From positions 9,712 through 73,711 of the IMG/VR virus record IMGVR_UViG_3300033072_000181: DNA of 64,000 bases, one strand, 5' to 3'. Each line of letters opens with the position of its first letter. Within the stretch, counting starts at the first letter, position 1. Under the pieces are notes generated by a model. It saw only the letters and a program-made list of their open reading frames with translations, was not told the origin of the DNA and searched no databases. The DNA comes from a virus. Taxonomy: Duplodnaviria; Caudoviricetes. Below, in pieces: positions 55,799 to 63,911 of the stretch. The position numbers and the translations under genes are program-made.

Positions 55799-56734
55799 AT
55801 GCTTGATCCTAATGAAGCACCTGAAGGTTATATTGCTGTTGAATGGGATAAACATATTGATCGTTGTGAATTTTGTGCTTTTACCGATGATGAGTTAGCT
55901 TGTATGGATGCACATTGTTATGATACCTATAGAAAAGACAAAAGCAACGTATATTTCATCAAGAAAGAACAAACAGACACCAAAGTTAATACAACACAAA
56001 ACAACCTAGACTTAACCAAAGTACATACTCAAGATTTACTAAACGAAATTTCACGAAGAATCAACAAGGAGATTAATATGAGTAATAAATCAGAAGTTAA
56101 GCAAGCTAAACAGACTCAATCTAAACCAAAGCATGATCCAAACAAGTTCAAAGCTGGTGATAAAGTTGTTGTTTATCGCAAGTTTAATCTTGATGAAGTA
56201 GAAGGTTGGGATAATATTTGGGTTGATTCTATGGATAAATTTGTTGGTAGTGAATATATTGTTAATGAGGTATATGGTTCATGTGGTATTCATCTTTGTG
56301 GGTGTAGCGATGACTATTATTCTTATGGGTTCCCATCCTGCGCGCTAGCATTAGTTCAAACAGCAGAAGAAATTGCAGAAGAGAAAGCCTGTGATCTTGC
56401 TAAACAGCAGCTAAAACAAACACACAAACAACTAGCAGAAAAATCAGCTAAACGTAAAGAATCTACACAATTTACTGACCAAGAGCTACAGCTAATTAAG
56501 ATGGTTCTGCAAGCTAATTTGAGGAATCTTAACGATAGAATCGCACTAGCTAAAGGATCAGCTACTCTAGCATTTGATGTTTGTGATTCAGAACGAAAGA
56601 ACAATCCGTATGTAAAGTCAGCATATAAACAGCTAAACCGCAGTAAGAAGTATATCCGCTACGCTAGCAAGAAAATTAAGGTTCTATCGTCAGCACAGAA
56701 CAAAGTTAAATTCCTGCTTGGTAACAAAAAGTAA
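55799..56734 (+). CDS. Multidomain hypothetical protein (Cys domain + SH3/KOW-like + coiled coil)
   Basis: N-terminus paralogous to 52049; FKAGDKVVV...W...MDKFVG motif. Confidence 0.6.
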   Translation: MLDPNEAPEGYIAVEWDKHIDRCEFCAFTDDELACMDAHCYDTYRKDKSNVYFIKKEQTDTKVNTTQNNLDLTKVHTQDLLNEISRRINKEINMSNKSEVKQAKQTQSKPKHDPNKFKAGDKVVVYRKFNLDEVEGWDNIWVDSMDKFVGSEYIVNEVYGSCGIHLCGCSDDYYSYGFPSCALALVQTAEEIAEEKACDLAKQQLKQTHKQLAEKSAKRKESTQFTDQELQLIKMVLQANLRNLNDRIALAKGSATLAFDVCDSERKNNPYVKSAYKQLNRSKKYIRYASKKIKVLSSAQNKVKFLLGNKK

Positions 56735-56753
56735 TACTTAATTTAAACTTAGG

Positions 56754-56790
56754 AAGAGCCAAGGGAAGAATCCTTTGGTTCTTTTTGTTT
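56754..56790 (+). terminator. Rho-independent terminator
   Basis: AAGAGCCAAGGGA / TCCTTTGGTTCTT with T tail. Confidence 0.7.
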
Positions 56791-56844
56791 TATGTGTTAC
56801 AATTCAGTATTGATAGACAGATACTAGGAAAACGGGAGATTGCT

Positions 56845-57180
56845 TTGAAGAATAGATTTTGCATCACAGCTACGGCTTTTGATAAACGAGGTAAAGTTAT
56901 TGCCAGTGCTATCAATAGTTATACTGATAGTTCTAAGTTCATGCGTTATTACGCGATTAAAGCTGGTGAGCCTTACAGAAAGTACAATCATGCTGAAACT
57001 AGAGCTATCGAACTAGCTTTGCGTACAGGAAAAACTATTGCTAAACTGGTCGTAATCAGGTATGATGCTAACGGTAATCTAGCTAATGCTAAACCTTGTA
57101 AGATATGTAGTTGCTGTATTGCAGACCAAAATATCAAAGAAGTTATTTACAGCACAGCAGAAGGGATGGTAAAATTATGA
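56845..57180 (+). CDS. Second zinc-dependent deaminase (CDA fold)
   Basis: HAETRAI and AKPCKIC motifs; probable TTG start with SD GGGAG. Confidence 0.75.
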   Translation: MKNRFCITATAFDKRGKVIASAINSYTDSSKFMRYYAIKAGEPYRKYNHAETRAIELALRTGKTIAKLVVIRYDANGNLANAKPCKICSCCIADQNIKEVIYSTAEGMVKL

Positions 57181-57259
57181 ACAAAATGCTTATTATTATT
57201 GTTCTCTATGTTGTATTAGAAATTATGTATCAATCTTACGTTTATATTGAGAAGGAGAT

Positions 57260-58534
57260 TTGATTGTGCTAGCTGATAAAGAAACTGGTGATGCAAATAA
57301 CCGAATGCAAGTTCAAATTGACAACGACCGCAAACTTGTAGTAATTGGTGATATTGCATTTGATACTTATCAAAAATTTAACTCGGTTGAGGGTTTAGCT
57401 GGAGGTCTTGGTAAATCTTACTGTGGTCATCCAAAAGAACGAAATAAACGACTGACTTCTACTTTTGGTTGTACTCCAAGTAAATTCTTGAAGCTAGTTA
57501 ATGCTGTTTTCTATAAGACTTTTGTATCAGAATTTCCTGATAAATATGTGCGTAATTTCTGTATGGGGCCTTGTACTAATAGGAGTAAAGGTAAGCTAAT
57601 TTCTCAGTTAATCACTAAATTACATGCCAGCTATTCTAAAATTAATCAAGCAGATCGTGACGGTATTTGGAATATTACACCATTTATTTACAAGTTTAAT
57701 CTTGATCCTAAAGAACTAAAACAACTGTTTGGTAATCAAGTTTGGAAACAAATCTGTAATAATTCTTTTACACGAAATAAACTGATTACGGATAATATTC
57801 GATGGTACGCTATGTCAGCATCTAAATCAGGTGATATTGATTCTTTGAGAACAAAAGTTTCTAAACTATTAACCATATCTAGTAGTATTCTTAAATATGT
57901 TAAAACAGAAGTACTTGTTCAACAGCATTTATCTCTAAATTACAAAGGTAAATATAAAACTGTTTATAATAACCCAAACTTACTAAATAAAACTCTCGAT
58001 CTTTATTACATGTTACGTCAAGAACAACTGGAATTTAATCCAAAGTGGTCACCACGCAGGGTAGAAGAAGAACACGATAATGCTGTACTTAGGGAAATTG
58101 CACGTAATTATTCATCTGAAGAATTTTCATTTGAAGGGTTTGATAAACTGCCGAAACGCTTTACGTTAAATGAAGGTTATACTGCTATCCTGTTAAAGAG
58201 TTCAGCGGAAATTGGTGCTGAAGGTGCTGCTATGCGACATTGTGTAGGTAGTTATGCTATGCCAGCTTCACAAGGTAAGTACGTAGTGTATAGCCTTCAG
58301 GATGCTTCAGGTAGCCGATATAGTACGTTAGGTATCTCCGTAAGACATTCTGGTTTTGTGTTTAATCAGCATTATAAATACGTCAATGCACGTGTAGATT
58401 CTGATGCAGCTAAGAAATTAGCTGAAGAGTTAATTAAGCATATTAACTTTGAAATGAAAGATATTAGTTTTGGTAAATCCTTGTTTAATACTGCGAATAC
58501 TGCAAATACACAACTATTTGATGAATTAGTCTAA
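57260..58534 (+). CDS. PcfJ-like domain protein
   Basis: C-terminal EIGAEGAAMRHCVGSY...YSL...STLGI. Confidence 0.7.
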   Translation: MIVLADKETGDANNRMQVQIDNDRKLVVIGDIAFDTYQKFNSVEGLAGGLGKSYCGHPKERNKRLTSTFGCTPSKFLKLVNAVFYKTFVSEFPDKYVRNFCMGPCTNRSKGKLISQLITKLHASYSKINQADRDGIWNITPFIYKFNLDPKELKQLFGNQVWKQICNNSFTRNKLITDNIRWYAMSASKSGDIDSLRTKVSKLLTISSSILKYVKTEVLVQQHLSLNYKGKYKTVYNNPNLLNKTLDLYYMLRQEQLEFNPKWSPRRVEEEHDNAVLREIARNYSSEEFSFEGFDKLPKRFTLNEGYTAILLKSSAEIGAEGAAMRHCVGSYAMPASQGKYVVYSLQDASGSRYSTLGISVRHSGFVFNQHYKYVNARVDSDAAKKLAEELIKHINFEMKDISFGKSLFNTANTANTQLFDELV

Positions 58535-58548
58535 GAAAGGAATAAAGT

Positions 58549-58830
58549 ATGAACGAACAATATAAACCAGATAATACCGATTGGTATGATACAAACGGTC
58601 AATTTATTTTAAGGCTAAAACATAAAACTTATCTTGCACTTATTGATAAAAACAAAGATACGTATTATAGCTCATCTGCCGGATTTCCAGAGGTAACTGT
58701 AAACGAGCTTATGATGGCTGCTTATTTGGCAGGTCGTAACCAAGTTAAAACCGAAGCTAAAGAACAACGTTCCGCTATTGTTGAAGATTTAGTACAACAT
58801 TTGCGTGAATTTGTAGATAGTTACGAATAA
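58549..58830 (+). CDS. Hypothetical protein
   Basis: SD AGGA. Confidence 0.6.
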   Translation: MNEQYKPDNTDWYDTNGQFILRLKHKTYLALIDKNKDTYYSSSAGFPEVTVNELMMAAYLAGRNQVKTEAKEQRSAIVEDLVQHLREFVDSYE

Positions 58831-58833
58831 CAC

Positions 58834-58862
58834 TTGACATGCTTGTTTTGAGTATGTATGAT
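58834..58862 (+). promoter_or_regulatory. sigma70 promoter
   Basis: TTGACA-N17-TATGAT with TG extension. Confidence 0.85.
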
Positions 58863-58891
58863 ACGAGTCATGTTGATTAAGGAGAGACCAA

Positions 58892-59374
58892 ATGATTACT
58901 ATGAGTACTAACGAAATTAAAGCATTTAACCCTTGCAAAGATGGTTGGAAGCGGTTGCTAACTGGTCTTAACAAGTTAGAAGCTGACGACGAGCAAATTC
59001 CTTTTGTCCGCTTTCTGGAAACTAACACAATTGATGATGTCTTTTGGGCTATGCAAGTAAAGTGGTTTGAGCATAAAGAAGCATTTATGAATGTAGTTAA
59101 TGCTGCTGTTGATCGTGCAGATGCTTATGCTGCTGCTCGTGAGGCTAATGCTGCTCGTGCTGCTCGTTATGCTTGGGCTGATGCTGCTGATGCTGCTGAT
59201 GCTGCTGATGCTGCTTATGCTGCTTATGCTGCTGCTGATGCTGCTTATGCTGCTGCTGATGCTGCTCGTTATGCTGCTGCTCGTTATGCTGCTGCTCGTT
59301 ATGCTGCTGCTGATGCTGCTTATGATACGGAGCGGGAACAACAAAAACAAGATATTATTAAATTTTGCTCTTGA
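58892..59374 (+). CDS. Ala-repeat protein, paralogue 1
   Basis: MITMSTNEIKAF...FWAM N-domain; GCT-rich variable repeat; EQQKQDIIKFCS end. Confidence 0.85.
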   Translation: MITMSTNEIKAFNPCKDGWKRLLTGLNKLEADDEQIPFVRFLETNTIDDVFWAMQVKWFEHKEAFMNVVNAAVDRADAYAAAREANAARAARYAWADAADAADAADAAYAAYAAADAAYAAADAARYAAARYAAARYAAADAAYDTEREQQKQDIIKFCS

Positions 59375-59399
59375 CAGCATATCTAACAAACGGTAAGAT
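59371..59399 (+). promoter_or_regulatory. sigma70 promoter whose -35 contains the paralogue 1 TGA stop
   Basis: TTGACA-N17-TAAGAT. Confidence 0.8.
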
Positions 59400-59459
59400 G
59401 TAGTCATAGCAGCAAGTAACCAAACCAAGCAACTCGGTAACTAACTAGGAGAAATACAA

Positions 59460-59624
59460 ATGTTCAATACCCTCTCTTCATCTTCTGTTCAACATAACAG
59501 TGGTTTTATCAAGACTGTACGAACCAAAGTAACCAACGAAAAGAGTAAGTCTTATAAAGAGAATGAACGTAATAAAGATAAGCGCAAAGGAACTTACGAT
59601 AAGCGTAAGGTATTCGAGGAATAA
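59460..59624 (+). CDS. Small basic protein (54 aa; not in the ORF track)
   Basis: SD AGGAG; K/R-rich C-terminal half. Confidence 0.6.
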   Translation: MFNTLSSSSVQHNSGFIKTVRTKVTNEKSKSYKENERNKDKRKGTYDKRKVFEE

Positions 59625-59627
59625 AAA

Positions 59628-59873
59628 ATGCTACCTAAGAAGAGGCTAAACCTAGAAACTACAGTGTGCTTACAGGATGTTGATTTTACAGTAAATTATG
59701 AATTCTATCCAAGCAGCAAAGCAACACCTGTAGAACCACAAGAAGATTCTTATATTGAAATCAATTCTATTTGTATTGACCAGTATGAGGTTTCTAGTAT
59801 AATTTCGGATAAACTAGTGGCACGTATTAAAGAAGAGTTATTTGTGCAGCTTGAAATTGATGATGCGTTTTAG
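59628..59873 (+). CDS. Small acidic protein
   Basis: VNYEFYP...PVEPQED..IEI motif. Confidence 0.6.
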   Translation: MLPKKRLNLETTVCLQDVDFTVNYEFYPSSKATPVEPQEDSYIEINSICIDQYEVSSIISDKLVARIKEELFVQLEIDDAF

Positions 59874-59886
59874 TAGGAGAGACAAA

Positions 59887-60408
59887 ATGATTACTATGAG
59901 TACTAACGAAATTAAAGCATTCGGCCCTTGTGTGTCTGGCTGGAAGCGATTGCTAACTGGTCTTAACAAGTTAGAAGCTGACGATGAGCAAATTCCTTTT
60001 GTTAAGTTTCTGGAAACTAACACAATTGATGAAGTGTTCTGGGCTATGCGAGTAAAGTGGTTTCAGCATAAAGAAGCATTCATGAACGTAATCAATGCTG
60101 CCGTTGAACGTACCGCTGCTGATGCTGCTTATGCTGCTGCTGATGCTGCTCGTGTTGCTCGTGCTGCATTTTATGCAGCTAATACTGCTCTTTATGCTGC
60201 TCGTGCTGCTGCTGCTTTTGTTGTGGATGTTGCTACTGATGCTACTAATGCTGCTGATTATGCTAACCTTGCTGCTTATTATGCTGCTAATGCTGCCGCT
60301 AGTGCTGCCGCTAGTGCTGCTCATCATGCTGATGCTGCTTATGTTGATGTTGCTTATTTGGCAGAACTCGAACAACAAAAACAAGATATTATCAAATTTT
60401 GCTCTTGA
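59887..60408 (+). CDS. Ala-repeat protein, paralogue 2
   Basis: Same N- and C-termini as paralogue 1 with a different, longer repeat core; SD AGGAG. Confidence 0.85.
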   Translation: MITMSTNEIKAFGPCVSGWKRLLTGLNKLEADDEQIPFVKFLETNTIDEVFWAMRVKWFQHKEAFMNVINAAVERTAADAAYAAADAARVARAAFYAANTALYAARAAAAFVVDVATDATNAADYANLAAYYAANAAASAAASAAHHADAAYVDVAYLAELEQQKQDIIKFCS

Positions 60409-60433
60409 CAGCACATCTAACAATCTGTAAGAT
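60405..60433 (+). promoter_or_regulatory. sigma70 promoter whose -35 contains the paralogue 2 stop
   Basis: TTGACA-N17-TAAGAT. Confidence 0.8.
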
Positions 60434-60488
60434 GTAGTCATAGCAGCAAGTACCCAAACTAACCAAGCAACTAACTAGGAGAAATAAA

Positions 60489-60731
60489 ATGGAATATGAC
60501 GTTCGTAACGAGGACGAGTCAAAGATCGACAAGATTATTTTTGCTGATAGCTTTATTGGGGATAAACGTGCTGCTTGTGACGTTATTCCACTAGTCACTG
60601 GAATTTGTATCGCTGAAGACAAATGGAAGCCAACAAATTTGCTTGAAGGCATATTTATTGCAGATATTGAGCATTGGAATAATCTAAAGAAAGCTGTTGA
60701 AAAAGCAATTAGCCTTGGCTGGCTTAGTTAA
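60489..60731 (+). CDS. Hypothetical protein
   Basis: SD AGGAG. Confidence 0.65.
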   Translation: MEYDVRNEDESKIDKIIFADSFIGDKRAACDVIPLVTGICIAEDKWKPTNLLEGIFIADIEHWNNLKKAVEKAISLGWLS

Positions 60732-60751
60732 TATAAACGGGAGAAAAAATC

Positions 60752-61162
60752 ATGCAAATTAATAACAAGTTCAATATTGGTGATAAGGTAAAGGTATCTG
60801 GAACGAATGGTACTTATACTATTAGTAGGTTTGATATTACGGTTAATGAAGATGATCCAGAAGGTTTTATTATTTATTATTGTAACACTGATGTTACTGG
60901 TCTTTGGGCGATTGAATCAAAGATTACTAAGGTAGAACCAGCTAAAGCCTTAGTAACAGTAAAACTACCCGCTGAAGTAGCTGAATATTTTTGTTCTGCT
61001 ATTGGCGCTATTAGTGTTAATCAATGGAATAGTTTTATAGATAAGGTTAATTTTGAACATGGTCGTACTATTAAAAATGTAACTATTGAAAGTAATGATT
61101 ACCTGTGGAAATTTTATAAGATTCTAGACACGGCTATTAACGAAAGGGATACAAATGAGTAA
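60752..61162 (+). CDS. Hypothetical protein with N-terminal SH3/KOW-like motif
   Basis: KFNIGDKVKV. Confidence 0.6.
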   Translation: MQINNKFNIGDKVKVSGTNGTYTISRFDITVNEDDPEGFIIYYCNTDVTGLWAIESKITKVEPAKALVTVKLPAEVAEYFCSAIGAISVNQWNSFIDKVNFEHGRTIKNVTIESNDYLWKFYKILDTAINERDTNE

Positions 61163-61352
61163 CGCTACTGATACTAAAACTAACTTTGGCAATTTATCAC
61201 CGGTTACAGGGTATATTATTACCAGTTCATTCGGAGGTGTGTCGCAGGAAGCATGGGATACAATCTTTGGTAAAAGTCCTGCGCGACCTCGACCTAAGTT
61301 CTTGCAGTATGATACTGATGGTAATTTGATTGAGGATACGGATGTTGATTAA
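61155..61352 (+). CDS. Hypothetical protein
   Basis: VSQEAWDTIFGK motif. Confidence 0.55.
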   Translation: MSNATDTKTNFGNLSPVTGYIITSSFGGVSQEAWDTIFGKSPARPRPKFLQYDTDGNLIEDTDVD

Positions 61353-61890
61353 GTTTTTACATGTAGTGAAAAGCCAAACTAAACACCTAGCTAAAACTCT
61401 AGCAGTTATTTTAGTGCTAATCTTAGGTTTATTCTGGATTAACCCAAATATTACAAAAGAACACAGAACTGATTATCATGCAGCTAAACTAGCAGTTAAG
61501 GTTAGTAGTACATATAAGACGGATGTTCAACAAAACTACAATATTATTCGTACTGCTAAACTTGCTGCTGCTGATAAAGGATTACCGTTAGATATAGTTC
61601 TTGGTATTATTGCCGTTGAAAGTTCTTTTGATCCGTTAGCTGTTAATAAAGAAAAAGCATTCGGTGTAATGCAGCTTACCGTAACATCAGGATTGTTACC
61701 GCTAGAACCATTAGATTATGAGCAGAATATTATTGCTGGTACTACGCTGTTACAGCAGTACAAGCTGAGGTATTCTAGTAGTTCTAAAGCTAGTAACACA
61801 CGCTATATTGAAGCATATAACGCTGGTAATCGAAGGAATCCAGCTTACGCTAAACGAGTATTACTGGCAGCAAAGCAATTTAGGATGTAG
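61342..61890 (+). CDS. Membrane-anchored lytic transglycosylase (SLT domain)
   Basis: N-terminal TM helix; IAVESS catalytic Glu, GVMQL, NIIAG, AYNAG. Confidence 0.85.
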   Translation: MLIKFLHVVKSQTKHLAKTLAVILVLILGLFWINPNITKEHRTDYHAAKLAVKVSSTYKTDVQQNYNIIRTAKLAAADKGLPLDIVLGIIAVESSFDPLAVNKEKAFGVMQLTVTSGLLPLEPLDYEQNIIAGTTLLQQYKLRYSSSSKASNTRYIEAYNAGNRRNPAYAKRVLLAAKQFRM

Positions 61891-61909
61891 CCTGTCTGCA
61901 CTGATAACG

Positions 61910-61960
61910 AACCCGCAATTACTTCAGATTAACGTCTGTTGTAGTTGTGGGTTTTTGTTT
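61910..61960 (+). terminator. Long-stem terminator
   Basis: AACCCGCAATTAC / GTAGTTGTGGGTT with inner CAGA/TCTG stem and T tract. Confidence 0.75.
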
Positions 61961-61985
61961 TGTGTGTGTTATGCTCTACTATCTC

Positions 61986-62014
61986 TTGACACAACGCTAA
62001 CTTTTATGTATCAT
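61986..62014 (+). promoter_or_regulatory. sigma70 promoter
   Basis: TTGACA-N17-TATCAT with TG extension. Confidence 0.75.
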
Positions 62015-62067
62015 CCGTTCATGCGTTAGAACTTACATCGAATCATACAACTAGCTAGGAGCTAATT

Positions 62068-62571
62068 ATGAACAAGCAACAAATCTTTGAATACTGCACT
62101 AACCATATTAAAGCTATTCAAGATAAGTATCCTCAGTTTAAAACACCAAGTATTACGTACTTTGACCGTTCTCGTTGTGCTGGTAAAGCTAACTACCGGA
62201 CGCATACTGTTATGTTTAATACAGAAATTGCACAAGCTAATACAGGTTTTGAAAATACAATTACACATGAACTAGCACATTTGCTTACCAAAATGTTATA
62301 TCCTAACGCTAAACAACATCACGGCCCTTAGTTTAAACGTGTGCATAAGATGTTAGGTGGGACAGGTGAAACTTATCACAGTTTTACCGTACCTAACACA
62401 GCTAAACGTAAGGTAACTTACTATAAGTACAAATGCGGATGCAAAGAGCGTTTGATTAGTTCTATTCAGCATAACAAATGGCTTAATGGTACGAATTATA
62501 CTTGTACTGTTTGTAACAGCAGGATTTCACCAGTCATGCAGGCTGATGAATTCGTTAAAGTTTGTAAATAA
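62068..62571 (+). pseudogene. SprT-like zinc metalloprotease split by an in-frame TAG (62329-62331)
   Basis: AGKA...THELAH...HHGP*FKRVHKMLGG...YKCGC...YTCTVC; both halves are in the same frame. Confidence 0.8.
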
Positions 62572-62649
62572 TTCGTAAATATTTTCGTAAATTATTGAAG
62601 AATCTCGTAGTTTAATGTAAAATTCAGATATTAATTAAGGAGAAATAAA

Positions 62650-63051
62650 ATGATAACCATGAGTACCAACGAAATTAAAGCGTTTAACCCTTGTGAAGCT
62701 GGTTGGAAGCGGTTGCTAACTGGTCTTAACAAAAGTAAAGCAGATGATGAACAAATCCCTTTTGTTAAGTTTCTGGAAACAAACGAGATTGACGAAGTAT
62801 TTTGGGCTATGCGTGTGAAATGGTTTCAGCATAAAGAAACTTTCATGAATGTAGTTAATGCTGCTGTTGAGCGTGCTGCTTATTATGCGGCTGATGCTGC
62901 TGAGCGTGCTGCTGATACTGCTTATTATGCTGTTGATGCTCGTCACGCTGCCAGTTGTGCTGCTCGTGCCGCCTTTTATGCTGCCTATAATGCTAATGCT
63001 ACTGCTGAACGAGAACAACAAAAACAAGATATTATTAAGTTTTGTTCTTGA
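62650..63051 (+). CDS. Ala-repeat protein, paralogue 3
   Basis: Same termini, shortest repeat core. Confidence 0.85.
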   Translation: MITMSTNEIKAFNPCEAGWKRLLTGLNKSKADDEQIPFVKFLETNEIDEVFWAMRVKWFQHKETFMNVVNAAVERAAYYAADAAERAADTAYYAVDARHAASCAARAAFYAAYNANATAEREQQKQDIIKFCS

Positions 63052-63076
63052 CAGCACATCTAACAATCTGTAAGAT
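63048..63076 (+). promoter_or_regulatory. sigma70 promoter whose -35 contains the paralogue 3 stop
   Basis: TTGACA-N17-TAAGAT; spacer identical to that of paralogue 2. Confidence 0.8.
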
Positions 63077-63185
63077 GTAGTTATAACCATAAGTAACTAA
63101 ATACTATAACTTTTACAAATATTTCGTAAATTTTTGAAGAATTTTGTAGAATATCTCGGTATTTCCCAGAAAAAGGAGAAAAATC

Positions 63186-63506
63186 TTGTATAGCATTAGC
63201 ATGTTTAGTCTAGAAGAAATCTGCGATTATCTAAAGAATGTAATTACACTAAAGGATATGTTAATTGATGATTGTTTGATGTATAATTTACGAATTGCAC
63301 AGAAGAATATAGCAGCATATGAAGAAGCTAAACGTATTCATAGAAGCCTAGAAGGATCATCTTACGAACAACATCATAAAGTGGCACTGTATTTTAGCAT
63401 GAAGTTTATTGATGCTAATCTTAAACGTAATGCTAACTTTTATAGTATTGATGTTAGTCCTTTCTTTGTGTATAATTACTTCAACATGAACATACACTGG
63501 AACTAA
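63186..63506 (+). CDS. Hypothetical protein
   Basis: SD AGGAG before a TTG start. Confidence 0.5.
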   Translation: MYSISMFSLEEICDYLKNVITLKDMLIDDCLMYNLRIAQKNIAAYEEAKRIHRSLEGSSYEQHHKVALYFSMKFIDANLKRNANFYSIDVSPFFVYNYFNMNIHWN

Positions 63507-63508
63507 AA

Positions 63509-63703
63509 ATGAAATATATCAACAGGTTAGAAGAACTAGTTAAACATCAAAGTACCCAACTAGCTTTGATTGATGATGGTTTATATCGGCTAATTCAATA
63601 TCTGAATAGTCCTAAATTTACTGATGAATCAGAGCTACAAGGATATGTTAATACTAAAGATGTACTATTGCGTATAGCTGAAATCCAACGAGAGTTACAG
63701 TAG
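63509..63703 (+). CDS. Hypothetical protein
   Basis: YLNSPKF...GYVNTKDVL motif. Confidence 0.6.
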   Translation: MKYINRLEELVKHQSTQLALIDDGLYRLIQYLNSPKFTDESELQGYVNTKDVLLRIAEIQRELQ

Positions 63704-63911
63704 AATCTAAGTAGATATAACTAGCTGTGCTTTAAGTTTTTAAAAGAAAAAATTACCAAGTTTTTTACGGGTTGGTCTTACTTAATTTAATATAGAAGTG
63801 CATGTTTGACTAGCAAATGTACTAAATAGACGTATTCCTACGGTAAATACTGCGTTTTTAGCGTGAAATCCGGTGCGGGTTGAGGCTAACTTGTTGATTT
63901 GTAAGGGTTTG

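Noticed and set aside
53593-62331. Stop-codon reassignment (genetic code 15)
   Set aside because: TAG ends otherwise complete genes (49558, 61890, 63703) and long core genes contain no internal TAG; only isolated accessory genes are interrupted.
58892-63051. Diversity-generating retroelement
   Set aside because: No reverse transcriptase in the window, and variation is by repeat length rather than adenine-specific substitution.
58976-63090. Ser-rich minus-strand ORFs and Leu/Met-rich alternate-frame ORFs (58976, 59100, 59971, 60095, 62716, 62858)
   Set aside because: Shadow translations of the GCT/GAT repeats of the Ala-rich genes.
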